From Mobula hypostoma (Eukaryota), in the NCBI RefSeq assembly GCF_963921235.1, contig NC_086097.1, positions 67,148,001 to 67,212,000 of the forward strand: 64,000 nucleotides of DNA. Direction: 5' to 3'. The notes below the pieces were generated by a model, which did not search any database, had not been told where the DNA came from, and was given only the letters and a program-made list of their open reading frames with translations. A program made the position numbers and the translations under genes. Shown piece by piece: positions 41,982-55,302 of this stretch. How positions within the stretch are numbered: position 1 is the first letter of the stretch; every line of letters starts with the position of its first letter.

Positions 41982-43112
41982 GTATGTCAATTTTGACTTG
42001 CATGCACTTAATACCTTGTTTTACCTATCACTTGCTTATACTCCTTCCCCCTCCCCCCCTTTCTTATTCTGATTTCTGCCCTCTTACTTTCCAGTCCTGA
42101 TGAAGGGTCTTGGCCTAAAACATCAACTATTTATTGCTCTTCTTAGATGCTGCCTGACATGCTGAGTTCCTCCAGTATTTTGTTGCCTCATTTCAAAACT
42201 TCCAGGTTTTGAAATTTAGCTGAACAATTTTTAATAGGCTTGATCTTTATTAAAAATGCTAGTATTGTCTTGTACAAAGTCAGTTTGAATATACAGCAAA
42301 CACATCTGTTTATAGAGCAGTTTTTAACATGGCGAACGTGGTTAAAGTACTTCACTGACTATAGGATAAAACAAATGCTGAGGAAATAATTAGAATGGAT
42401 AAAAAAAGAACTTGATTGAATGAGATTTTCTGTGAGGATTTTCTTAAAAGGAAGAGGAGGTGGAGAGGTTTAAGGACTGTTCTTCAGAATGTAGAGTCAA
42501 AAATAACTCATATGACTATCAGTGATCAGATGTAGGAATGAGAAATTTAGAAGCTCCTGTCAGAGAACCAACAAACACTCAAAGGTGGTGGTGGTGAGAG
42601 GAGGGTGGGCGGTGAGAATAGTGGTATTCTTAGAGGCAGATCTAGGCAGGGTAGAATGGGATTGAGAGAGAATGCAGGTCAGCCAAGTAATGGATAATAA
42701 TTTGAGGGGACAATGCTGCAGAATTTTTATGAGCTGAGGCTTGGAGCCAGCAGGAAATGATCTATTGGTATAGTCAAATTGAAGTAAAAACCATAGCAGA
42801 TGAAGGGGTCATTTGCATGTATTCAAGTCAGGTTAAATAGAATCAAGAATTTGCAAAGAATAGAGTAAATAGAACTTTTGGTATGTTTGGTGGTGGTGAC
42901 TGCAGTTTGTGAAAGCTTGTAATTGAAAAGAATTATGGCTTGTCCAAAGTTGAAAATCACATAAACAGTCTAATAACAAGAATAAGGGAATGGAAGAAAA
43001 TGGCCTTGAGTTTGTGAGCAAATAAATGATTTTTGTCCTGAATGTCTTCTGATTCTAGGCATCCACTTATGGGGAAACATCATCCTTACATCTATTCTGT
43101 CACAACCTTTAA

Positions 43113-43778
43113 GAATTTTACTTGCTTCAATGAGACTGCTTGTGTTCTTCAAAATTCTTGAGATCAAGACTGCATAATTTTTCTTCATAGGCTATATACC
43201 CCATCTCAGAGATCAATCTAATGAACCTTTCTTTTAAACTCTTTTAAGAAGGACAATGTTTCAGATGCAGCCTCACCAGAACCCTGCATATCAGTAAGAT
43301 TACTTTAATCGTATCCTGAACAGTAGGATTTAAATACAACGCACTTCTGAATTCGTAATTATGTCCAACATCTTGAGGTTTGTGTTATATGTTTTATGCA
43401 CATACACAATTCGTGTAAATGTCAACACATTTCTTACTGTCATTAGTTAAAGATGAAGAATCCAATATTTGCTTTTCTTAATATAATATATATATTATAA
43501 TATAATAACAAACCTCAAGATGTTGGACATAATTACGAATTCAGAAGTGCGTTGTATTTAAATCCTACTGTTCAGGATACGATTAAAGTAATCTTACTGA
43601 TATGCAGGGTTCTGGTGAGGCTGCATCTGAAACATTGTCCTTCTTAAAAGAGTTTAAAAGAAAGGTTCATTAGATTGATCTCTGAGATGGGGTATATAGC
43701 CTATGAAGAAAAATTATGCAGTCTTGATCTCAAGAATTTTGAAGAACACAAGCAGTCTCATTGAAGCAAGTAAAATTC
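43113..43778. repeat. 271-bp inverted repeat with a 124-bp spacer
   Basis: 43113-43383 is the reverse complement of 43508-43778; no mismatch seen on manual reading. Confidence 0.93.
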
Positions 43779-44419
43779 CTTACATCAATTTGTTTTGTAA
43801 ACTACCATGTGCTTCCCTTTACCTGTCCATGTCCATAGCTCCTTGAAGCCTCTGCAGATGCTGGAGATCTGAAATTTAAAAATGAAGTCCTATAAACACA
43901 CTGCAGGTCAGGCAGCAAGTGTGGAAAGAGAAACACTTAATGTTTAAAATTGAAGATGCTTTGTCAGAACTGGGAAACGGAGGGGAAAAAGTGGTTTTAA
44001 GTTGTAGAGAGGGTCCTCCTTGCACACCCTACTGGCACTCCATTTTGTATCATCACATTTGAAGTTACTACATTCGATTTTCTCTTCAAATAATTGAAAT
44101 CAATTGCAAAAAGCAAGAGCCAAAGCACTGATTTCTGCCGCATCTCACTTGTTCTACTTCCTAGCAAATATGACCTATTATTACTTAGTTTTTTGTTCCT
44201 TAGCCAATCTTCAATCCATGCTAGTGTATTATTTATATTAAATATATGCTCTTATTTTAAAAACTTGTGTCAAAAGCCTTCTGAAAGTCCAACTAATGCT
44301 GATTCACCCTTATCTATTCTGCTAATTGCAACAAAAAAATACCTTTAGTAGATTTGTCAAATGTGTTTTCCTTTACATAAATTCACGGTGATTTCATTAT
44401 AAAATGGATGTTAATAGGA

Positions 44420-45100
44420 GGAGGAGAAGATGGCGGCACGACGCAGTGCACGTGTCCTCTCCAGTGAATGATATCTGTAATCTGTCAAGTAGGGGACCGT
44501 GCACAATTCTGATTTGATGGAGACAGACATGAGCATATGGAGAAACATCTGGAGAAACTTGTGAAATGCCCGCTTCAGTGCCGCAGCTACTGTGTGGTAA
44601 CCGGAATCTCCGGAGCAGAAGGCCCCGAATCCTTGACTTTGCTTGTTTCGGCGGCCTGGGCTAGGTCAATGGCGCTTGACAGAGGATGGTGCTCGGGAGG
44701 CTGTATCGGAAGGGCTGGTCGGAGGCTCGAAGTTTTCGGATGGACGGACTTGGTGTCGGCTGCTTCCAAGGCATCGGCAGTTGTCGGTGCCCTGGAGGTT
44801 TATGGCAGGGAGTTTCTCCCTTTTGCTGCCTGCTATCAGGGACTCGGGAGTCGATCGGGACTTGAGACTTTTTTTTTACTGTACCCATGGTCTCTTCTTT
44901 ATCAAATTATGGTATTGTTTTGCACTGCTGTAACTATATGTTATATTTATATGATTCTGTCAGTATTAGTCTTTGGTTTGTCCTGTTTTCTGTGATATCA
45001 CTCTGGAGGAACATTGTATCATTTCTTAATGCATGTATGCATTTCTAAATGACAATAAAAGAGGACTGAGTGTTCTCATAATCTTAAAAAAAATCTAATC
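44420..45100 (+). mobile_element. Non-autonomous retroposon (SINE/LINE-derived)
   Basis: CpG-rich body starting aagatggcggc, T-rich 3' part, aataaa and a (TAATC)n-like tail; sits inside an older CR1 remnant. Confidence 0.55.
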
Positions 45101-45235
45101 CTTTTTTTCTAAGTACCTTGCTGTCACTTAATAGATTCTAGCTTTTTCCTGCATTAAGTAGATTTGATAGCTGTGCAATTTAAATTAACAATGGATATTG
45201 AAATACCCCTTCTTGAGTTTAGATCACCCCATATA

Positions 45236-46704
45236 CAGTACCTTGGAAAAGTATTCAGCCCCCACAACTATTTCACATTTTACTGTCTCGTTTTCTAAAT
45301 TTAAAATATATTGAAGTAGGATTTTTTGAGCTAATCTATAAAACATTACACATCATGTCAATTGAAAAGAAAAATTCCAAAACCTGGCAACAGCTTACTA
45401 AAAATTAAGAACAAAAATTGAGACTAAAAAAAAGTATTCATTCCTTTTGTAATTACTACATCAACTTTCCTCAGGTGCAATACTCTATATTACGTTACCA
45501 ACTCACCCAATTTGTTGATGTAAAAAAAACTGGAGGATCACCTGGTTTCAATGAATTCATAAAAATAAGTACCTACTCTCTCTGTAAGATCCAACAGTTT
45601 GGTAGATTTTCAACACCGAAACCAAAATGAAGACGAGAGTGTTCAAGAGAAGTTGGGGAAATAATAAGAAGCACAAATCTGAGGAAGGGTACAAGACCAT
45701 CTCAAAGGCACTGAACATACCTTGGAGCTCAGTGCAGTCCATGGTGATAAAGTAGAAAAAATATGAAACCACAGCCACTAAATTTAGTCACTGGAGAAGA
45801 ATGACACTTGTAAAAGAGGCTACTGTCACTCTGAGTGAACTGTGGAAGTTAGTGGCTACAACTGGAGATGAAGTCTTTGCAAACCGTCACTTAGAAGATA
45901 TTGTATAGATATGGAAGAAGATCTTTTCATCAGATGAAACCATCAAAAGTGGAACTTTTTGGCCTCAACACTAAGTGGTACATGTGGCATAAAGCAGCCA
46001 GGTAACACATCCTATTGTAAAGTATGGTTGAGGTAGCAACATGTTGTGTGGTTGCTTTACAGCAGCAGGGACTGCCAATCTGGTCAGATTGATGGGGAGA
46101 TGAATGCTGCTAAATATAGAGAGAACATGGGTAAAAACCTGCTAGCCTCTGCCAGAAAGCTAAAACTGGAAAGGAAGTTTGTCTTTCAGCAGGACAACGA
46201 CCCAAAGCACACTGCCAAAGCAGCCAAGGAGTAGCTTCAACTGAAGAAAATTGATGTCCTTGAGTGGCCCAGTCAGAGTCCTGACCTTAACCTGATAGAA
46301 CATCTCAGGCAAGATCTAACTGCTGTCCACCACGATGTCCCAATTAACCTGGCACAACTTGAGCAAATTTGCAAGGAGAAATGGGCAAATCTTGCTCCAT
46401 CACGTTGTGCAAAGCTAACAGAGACTTAACCAAAAAGATTACTGGCTGTAATAGCTGCGAGACGTGATTCAACTAAGTACTGAGCAAAGGGAGATGAATA
46501 CTTTTCAACTATTGATATTTCAGGTTTTGAATTTTTAGTTTTTCATGCTTTACAGTATTCCCTGTTTTTTGAACTCTGCTGTGAAAAAAGAGCATGTGAT
46601 TAACAAATTAAAAAAAAAATCAGTTAAATGGATCAAAATCCCTGGCTGTAATACTTTTTTATGTGAACAAAAGGTTGGGGGATGAATAATTTTATAAGGT
46701 ATTG
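45236..46704 (+). mobile_element. Degenerate near-full-length Tc1 transposon (IR/DR type)
   Basis: TA|CAGTACCTTGGAAAAGTATTCAGCCCCC ... GGGGGATGAATAATTTTATAAGGTATTG; inner direct repeats; FVFQQDNDPKHTAK and WPSQSPDLNLIE. Confidence 0.88.
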
Positions 46705-46763
46705 TGTGGATTTAACTGTCAAAACTTACCATTTTGTACTTGTATCTTGTGCTTTATTTTCAG

Positions 46764-46850
46764 AAAATAGAAGCACGAGTGTCAGCAGATGAAGACCTAA
46801 AGCTTTCTGATCTTTTGAGGTATTACTTAAGAGAATCACAAGCTGGTAAG
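46764..46850 (+). CDS. SNX6: SNX6 internal coding exon (BAR domain)
   Basis: ttttcag|AAA...AAG|gtaagt; 87 nt; KIEARVSADEDLKLSDLLRYYLRESQAGK. Confidence 0.95.
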
Positions 46851-46878
46851 GTAAGTCATTTCTAAACCAATTACTGGG

Positions 46879-46936
46879 TTTATATAATCATGTAAGATCA
46901 TTAATTAATTTATATAATCATGTAAGATCATTAATT
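46879..46936. repeat. 30-bp tandem duplication
   Basis: tttatataatcatgtaagatcattaatt occurs twice with period 30. Confidence 0.9.
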
Positions 46937-47507
46937 TCTCAGGTTTTGTTTACCAAAGACATTGAAGGATAAAGGTGATAGTTAATATGAAATAAGAAGG
47001 GGAATTTTAACAACTAACAAATTGGTTTGTGGTGCTGAAACCACTGGTTTTGCTTTGATTGCTTGCCCGCCCCCAACACTGAGAGCATGTTGATTTTATT
47101 GCTCTAAAAAGTGTGAAAAATGGTTGCTGGTATTGTGAGTAATGAGTCATGTGCTTCAACATAGCCCCACAGAGGAATATAAATTAACTGAAGGTCCTTC
47201 TGATAGATCTGTTAGAATTCTATCCCTGAATCCTATCACATCTTTCAACTCTGATCATGAATTAGAAATGTGCCAGCTTTGCATGTTTGAATTATAAAAC
47301 CTTAAAAATGTAGAGTACAGAATTGGACCTTTTTGGCCCATCTTATCCACACTGACTAGGATGGCTGTCTATGGTAATTCCACTTTCCTGCAATAGGCTC
47401 AAATTCCCTACATCTTTCCAATCAAGCACCTGGCCAAATGTCTTGTATTGTAACTGTATCTATCTCCAACAATTCTGTTCCAGATATCCACCACTGTGTG
47501 TGTGTGT

Positions 47508-49628
47508 ACATTTAAAGGTTGCATGGATGAACTACAACAATTGTTCATCCCAGTTTGGCAAAAGAATAAATCAAGGAAGGTAGTGCACCTGTGGCTGACA
47601 AGAGAAATTAGGGAGAGTATCAATTCCAAAGAAGAAGCATACAAATTAGCCAGAGAAAGTGGCTCACCTGAGGACTGGGAGAAATTCAGAGTTCAGCAGA
47701 GGAGGACAAAGGGCTTAATTAGGAAGGGGAAAAAAGATTATGAGAGAAAACTGGCAGGGAACATAAAAACAGACTGTAAAAGCTTTTATAGATATGTAAA
47801 AAGGAAAAGACTGGTAAAGACAAATGTAGGTCCCCTGCAGACAGAAACAGGTGAATTGATTATGGGGAGCAAGGACATGGCAGACCAATTGAATAATTAC
47901 TTTGGTTCTGTCTTCACTAAGGAGGACATAAATAATCTTCCAGAAATAGTAAGGGACAGAGGGTCCAGTGAGATGGAGGAACTGAGCGAAATACATGTTA
48001 GTAGGGAAGTGGTGTTAGGTAAATTGAAGGGATTGCAGGCAGATAAATCCCCAGGGCCAGATGGTCTGCATCCTAGAGTGCTTAAAGAAGTAGCCCAAGA
48101 AATAGTGGATGCATTAGTGATAATTTTTCAAAACTCGTTAGATTCTGGACTAGTTCCTGAGGATTGGAGGGTGGCTAATGTAACCCCACTTTTTAAAAAA
48201 GGAGGGAGAGAGAAACCGGGGAATTATAGACTGGTTAGCCTAACGTCGGTGGTGGGGAAACTGCTGGAGTCAGTTATCAAGGATGTGATAACAGCACATT
48301 TGGAAAGCGGTGAAATGATCGGACAAAGTCAGCATGGATTTGTGAAAGGAAAATCATGTCTGACGAATCTCATAGAATTTTCTGAGGATGTAACTAGTAG
48401 AGTGGATAGGGGAGAACCAGTGGATGTGGTATATTTGGATTTTCAAAAGGCTTTTGACAAGGTCCCACACAGGAGATTAGTGTGCAAACTTAAAGCACAC
48501 GGTATTGGGGGTAAGGTATTGGTGTGGGTGGAGAATTGGTTAGCAGACAGGAAGCAAAGAGTGGGAATAAACGGGACCTTTTCAGAATGGCAGGCAGTGA
48601 CTAGTGGGGTACCGCAAGGCTCAGTGCTGGGACCCCAGTTGTTTACAATATATATTAATGACTTGGATGAGGGAATTAAATGCAGCATCTCCAAGTTTGC
48701 GGATGACACGAAGCTGGGTGACAGTGTTAGCAGTGAGGAGGATGCTAAGAGGATGCAGGGTGACTTGGATAGGTTGGGTGAGTGGGCAAATTCATGGCAG
48801 ATGCAATTTAATGTGGATAAATGTGAAGTTATCCACTTTGGTGGGAAAAATAGGAAAACAGATTATTATCTGAATGGTGGCCGATTAGGAAAAGGGGAGG
48901 TGCAACGAGACCTGGGTGTCATTATACACCAGTCATTGAAAGTGGGCATGCAGGTACAGCAGGCGGTGAAAAAGGCGAATGGTATGCTGGCATTTTTAGC
49001 GAGAGGATTCGAGTACAGGAGCAGGGAGGTACTACTGCAGTTGTACAAGGCCTTGGTGAGACCACACCTGGAGTACTGTGTGCAGTTTTGGTCCCCTAAT
49101 CTGAGGAAAGACATCTTTTCCATAGAGGGAGTACAAAGAAGGTTCACCAGATTGATTCCTGGGATGGCAGGACTTTCATATGAAGAAAGACTGGATGAAT
49201 TGGGCTTGTACTTGTTGGAATTTAGAAGATTGAGGGGGGATCTGATTGAAACGTTTAAGATCCTAAAGGGATTGGACAGGCTAGATGCAGGAAGATTGTT
49301 CCCGATGTTGGGGAAGTCCAGAACAAGGGGTCACAGTTTGAGGATAGAGGGGAAGCCTTTTAGGACCGAGATTAGGAAAAACTTCTTCACACAGAGAGTG
49401 GTGAATCTGTGGAATTCTCTGCCACAGGAAACTGTTGAGGCCAGTTCATTGGCTATATTTAAGAGGGAGTTAGATATGGCCCTTGTGGCTACGGGGGTCG
49501 GGGTATGGAGGGAAGGCTGGGGCGGGGTTCTGAGTTGGATGATCAGTCATGATAATAAATGGCGGTGTAGGCTCGAAGGGCCGAATGGCCTACTCCTGCA
49601 CCTATTTTCTATGTTTCTATGTTTCTAT
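47508..49628 (+). mobile_element. Young 5'-truncated CR1 LINE with an open RT frame
   Basis: ORF 47496-49676: KSPGPDGLHP, YLDFQKAFDKVPH, SGVPQGSVLGP, KFADDTKL; (TTCTATGT)n tail; inserted into an older antisense CR1 3' fragment. Confidence 0.95.
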
Positions 49629-50772
49629 ACGTACTTATGTGCTCTCGGAACTTTTTTGAAAAATCTCCCCTCTTAACCTTAAACCTGTGCCTTCCAGTTT
49701 CAGACTGCCCTGCCTGAGGAAAAGATTGTCCGTCCATCCATCCAATCCATGCCAATCTGTTAAAATTGGGAGCATTATGATCTGCACAGTGTAGCAGTGT
49801 ACAAATAAGTTGGGGCATTTGAACTGTGTCCATTTGTTGAGTAGGGTTAAAGTATAGGCCACACTTTGACAGGGGATGGGTCAGCCTCACTTGTCCCTGC
49901 TGTGTGACAGCCTTGTTTCTGTCTTGTCTGGCTGCTCATCACACTATCTACACCAGTGGTCCCCAACCTCTGGGCTGCGGACCGATACCAATCCGTGAAG
50001 CATGCAGGGGTGCAGTGGTAGCCGAAGTGCACCCAGCACATCTTTAAGAAAAAAAACGAAATAAACAAGCTAATTAATTAGGTGCCGCCCAGAAGCCAGT
50101 CTTCATTAGAGGAACTGAGGTGGAGAGGGTCAATAACTTTAAATTCTTTGGCATTAAGGGTCGACGTTTCTGTCTCTCTGAAAGGTGTCAGTCCTGGGAT
50201 CAGCACATTAACTGTCATTACAAAGAAAGCATGGCAGCGGCTATACTTTATTAGAAATTTGTGTAGATTCAACATGTCACCTCGAGCCCTGTCTTTTCAG
50301 CCTGTCTGGGCTGGTGTTTAAACTGACCAAATAATGGAACAGCTAAGGCTCCAGCGCCCTGGAAAGAGGAGTGAACATTGCGTAGAGCAAGTGAAATCGG
50401 CAATCGCCTCTGATCTGGGCCGACATTTACGTGCCAGGCGGCACCTAATTAATTAACCTGTTCTTTCTTTCTTTCTTTTTAAATCTTTTTATTGAATTAG
50501 TACACAAAAGGTAAAACATACAGAAACTAATACACTGTTGCGATATAAATTTACAAGAGGTATTAATACATAAAAAAACAGTACAAACAGTGCAGTTTAG
50601 TTATAAAATAACGAGGTAATATAGTAGTATACTAATTTTCCATATATATCAATAAAGAGAAGAAAAAACCCACCGTGCAACTAACCTGAAAAGCAAAGCA
50701 AAGCAATGGGCCTACTAGGTATCAAGTAGACTTAAACAACTTAAACAATCACTGCCTCAAACCTGACCTCCA

Positions 50773-53700
50773 TTAATAACAGTTAAAAACCAAGAAGGGA
50801 ATGTAAATATGGTCAAAGAGGGAAAAAAAATGAAAATGTTGAATAAAAGATCTCCAGGTCTGTTCAAATTTAACTGAAGTATCATAAAGGTTACTTCTGA
50901 TTTTTTCCAAATTTAAACATAGTATCGTTTGAGAAAACCAAAAAAACGTAGTTGGAGCATTAATCTCCTTCCAATGTTGTAAAATACATCTTTTCGCCAT
51001 TAAAGTAAGAAATGCAATCATTCTACGGGCTGAAGGGGAAAGATTACTGGAAGTTTTAGGTAATCCAAAGATAGCAGTAATAGGATGGGGAGAAATATCT
51101 GTATTCAATACCTTTGAGATAATATTAAAAATGTCTTTCCAAAAAGTTTCCAGAGTAGGACAGGACCAAAACATATGAGTTAGGAAGCTATCTCCCCATG
51201 ACATCTATCACTAAGAGGGTTAATATGAGAATAAAAACGAGCTAATTTATCTTTAGACATATGTGCTTTATGAACAACTGTAAATTGAATTAGGGAATGT
51301 TTGGAACAGATAGAGGAAGTATTGACTAGTTGTAAAATATGCGCCCAGTCATCCGCCAAAATAGTAAAGCCCAATTCCTTTTCCCAATCGGACCTAATCT
51401 TATCGAATGGAGCTATCGTAAGTTTCATGATAGTATTATAAATAGTAGCCATTACACCTTTCTGACACGGGTTAAGGTTAATTATAGTATCTAAAATATA
51501 TGTAGGGGGTAACGCCGGAAAGGAAGAAAGTATGGTACTTAGGAAATTTCTAACTTGGAGATATCTAAAAAAAAAAATGTATTCTTGGTAAGTTATATTT
51601 GTTAGATAATTGTTCAAAAGATATAAGGGAGCCATCTAAAAATAAATCCAAAAACCGTGACATACCATTGGTCTTCCAAATTTGAAAGGCATGGTCTGTA
51701 GAGGAAGGGGGAAAGAATACATTGCCTAAAATAGGAATCGCTAGCCCAAATTGATTAAGATCGAAAAATTTTCGGAATTGAAACCAGATGCGTAAGGTAT
51801 GTTTAACTCTCGGGTTACAAACCTGTTTATGGCGTTCCAAATCGAAAGGAAGAGAAGAACCTAAAATGGAGCCAAGTGCATAACCTTGAGCAGATTGTAA
51901 TTCCAATACTACCCATTTAGGAATGGATAGTGTATCTTGGTCAAGTAACCAAAATTTCATGTGTCGAATATTAATTGCCCAATAATAATATCTAAAATTA
52001 GGTAATGCCAAACCTCCATCTCTCTTAGCTTTCTGTAGATGTATTCTACCCAGTCTCGGGTTTTTATTTTGCCAAATAAATGAAGAAATTTTAGAGTCAA
52101 CTTTGTCAAAAAAAGGATTTTGGAACAAAAATCGGTAATGCCTGAAATATATATAAAAAATTTTGGCAGAATAAACATCTTAACAGCATTAGTACGACCA
52201 ACCAAAGTTAGATAAAGTGGAGACCATTTAAATGAAAGTTCTGTAATGTGGTCAATTAAGGGTAGGAAATTAGTCTTAAATAAATCCTTATGTTTACAGG
52301 TAATTTTAATCCCAAGATATGAAAAATGATTATTAACCAATTTAAACGGCAGGTTCTGATATAAGGGAACTTGCCTATTAATTGGGAAAAGTTCACTCTT
52401 ATTGAGATTTAACTTATAACCTGAAAAAAGACTAAATTGTGCTAATAAATCTAAAGCTGCAGGAATAAATTTTTGAGGATTAGAAATATATAAAAGTAAG
52501 TCATCAGCATAAAGTGATACTTTGTGAGACTTTAAACCACGAGTTATACCAATAATGTTAGGAGATTCTCGAATAGCAATTGCAAGAGGTTCTAATGCAA
52601 TATCAAAAGGACTAAGAGGGCAACCTTGTCTGGTACCTCGAAAAAGAGGAAAAAAGGGTGAATTTAAAGTGTTAGTATGAACTGAGGCCATAGGAGAATG
52701 ATATAACAGTTTGATCCAGGATATAAATTTCAGGCTGAAGTTAAATATTTCAAGCACCTTAAATAAATAAGGCCATTCAACCTTGTCAAAGGCTTTTTCA
52801 GCGTCTAGGGAAATGACGCATTCAGGATCATTTTGTGACCGGGTATAGACAATGTTTAAAAGTGTACGAATATTATAAAAAGAATAACGATTTTTAATAA
52901 AAACCCATTTGGTCTTCTGAGATAATATAAGGAAGTGCTTTTTCTAGTCTGTTTGCTAATAATTTAGAAAAAAAATTAGAGTCAATATTTAACAAGGATA
53001 TTGGTCTATAAGAAGCACATTGAGCAGAGTCTTTATCCTTCTTTAATATTAAAGAAATCGATGCTCTATAAAAGGATTCGGGTAGTTTACCAAGTTTTAA
53101 TGAGGCCTCCAGAACCCTGAATAGCCAAGGGATTAGTGAGGATGCAAAAAAATTTATAAAATTCCACGGTAAACCCATCAGGATTAGGAGCTTTCCCCGG
53201 GTTCGTAGAAAAAATAACATTCTTAATCTCATCAGTGGTAAAGGAAGTGTCTAACATAGAACATATATCATGTGAAATCTTAGGAAAATCTAGGTTATCT
53301 AAAAAGTCACACATATGTTTAGAATCTTGTAGAGACTCTGATTGATATAAAGAGGAATAAAAGTCAAAAAAGGGTTGATTAATCTCAGCTTGATCAAATG
53401 TCAGTTGATCTTTTTGATTATAATCTGATTAATTTGAAATTTAGTAGAGTTAGTCTTCAACTGATTAGCCAACAGTTTACCAACTTTGTCACTATGTATA
53501 TAAAATACGCTTCTTGTTTTCATTAATTGATTTGCAATAGAGGACGAAAGTAATAAACTGTGTTCCATTTGAAGTTCAGTTCTTTGTTTATACAACTTCT
53601 CAGAGGGGGCTGTAGGATATTTCTTATCTATTTCCTTAATCTTGTCCACAAGAACCAGCTCCTCCTCCTCCAACCTTTTCCTCAAAGCAGCGGAGTACGA

Positions 53701-54597
53701 GATGATCTGGCCACGAAAATAAGCTTTAAAAGTATCCCAAAGGGTGTTCATGGATATATCCTCTGTGCAGTTGATTGTAAAAAAGAGATCAATCTGTTCA
53801 TTCATAAAGTTAACAAAATCCAAGTCCTGAAGCAACAGCGAATTAAAACGCCATTGTCTATTATTTTGTGTATTGGCCAATATTTTAGTAGAAAGCTTAA
53901 GTGGAGCATGATCCGAAATAGTTATAGAGTCATATTCACATTTAACCACTGAAGAAATAAGACGAGAGTCAATAAAAAAAAAAATCAATTCTTGAATAGG
54001 AATGATGAACATGTGAAAAAAAAGAAGTCTTTTTCCTGGGGATGCAAAAATAGCCAAATGTCCATCGACCAGGAATCTGAGAGAAATGAATTAATCAAGG
54101 TTGCGGATTTATTGGGTAGAGTCCATATAGGAGCCGAACGGTCCAATAATGGGGATAAACAAGTACTAAGATCTCCGCCCCAGATTAGTGAAAACTCATT
54201 CAAATTCGGGAACAAATTAAATAATGATTTATAAAATTCTGGACAGTCCAGGTTTGGAGGATAGACGTTAACCAAAGCTACCTTTTTATTAAAGAGTAAA
54301 CCACTAACCAATAGAAATCTACCATTCGGATCAGAAATAATATCGTGTTGCACAAAAGTGATTGAAGGATCTATAAAAATAGAAACTCCTCGAATTTTGG
54401 CGTTGGAATTTGAATGAAAGTGTTGATCCTTCCAGAACTTAAAAAAATGTAATCTGTCCCCCCTCTGCACATGGGTCTCTTGTAAAAATAGAATATGTGC
54501 TTTAAGTCTCCAGAATACTTTAAAAGATTTTTTTCCTTTTTAGTGGATGATTAAGACCGTTAGTATTCCAAGAGACAAAATTAATAATAGACTCCAT
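50773..54597 (-). pseudogene. L1 ORF2 (APE-RT-Cys-rich), frameshifted
   Basis: MESIINFVSWNTNGLN, ISDHAP, YRPISLLNID, RGTRQGCPLSP, SLYADDLL, HMFWSCP. Confidence 0.92.
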
Positions 54598-55302
54598 AAT
54601 CCCTAAAGTCAACCCTCAAATAAAGGAGGATTGACAATAGGTTCGACCCATGAACCCGGAAAGGGAACAGAATGAACATGAGATAGCGAGAAAGAGGATG
54701 CGACAAATACTTCAATAATGTAAGTAGCCCAAGAAGAAAGAAAAACTAAAAAGTGAAGCCCCCCCACCCCCCCACCCCGTAATTCCAAAGCTAAATCTAA
54801 GATAGACTAGCCAGAAAGAAGCAAGCACTAGATCTACCCCCATGACTTCCGATAGACGCTCACTAAAACAAGTGTATATATAAAAAGATCGGCTAAAGTT
54901 GTAAAACAGTAGAAGAGTGAAAAAAGTACACAGATTAAAACGAAAACGAGATAATACAAAGAAAAAACAGGTATATATAAAGAAAACCGGTAACCTACAA
55001 CAGACCGTATAATTAAACAAGAAAATGAAATATCAGCATAGACTAGCCAAAAAAACTACAGAAAGTACATTTAAAAACTACAAACTTTAAGGCCTCCAGG
55101 GATGTGCGTAAAATGATACTGTGAGAATGGCCACCCAGAGTCCCCAGGGAAGAAGAAAGGAATGATGCAGTTTAAAAAAAAGTTTGGCAACCATATTAAT
55201 TAAACCGAAAAAAAATTTCTGCCCTCATATAGAGCAAAAGAAAGAAATTAAACCAAACAGATTAACAGCCTTCGATCAAACAGAGATGATTTAATAGTGC
55301 GA

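Noticed and set aside
44537..44995. 152-aa ORF and CpG-rich patch as a nested gene or CpG island
   Set aside because: No recognisable domain; it lies within a retroposon-like repeat that has a tail.
47496..49676. 726-aa ORF as a host gene or novel RT system
   Set aside because: Typical CR1 ORF2 fragment lacking the endonuclease, with a CR1 tail; the predicted start lies in a TG repeat.
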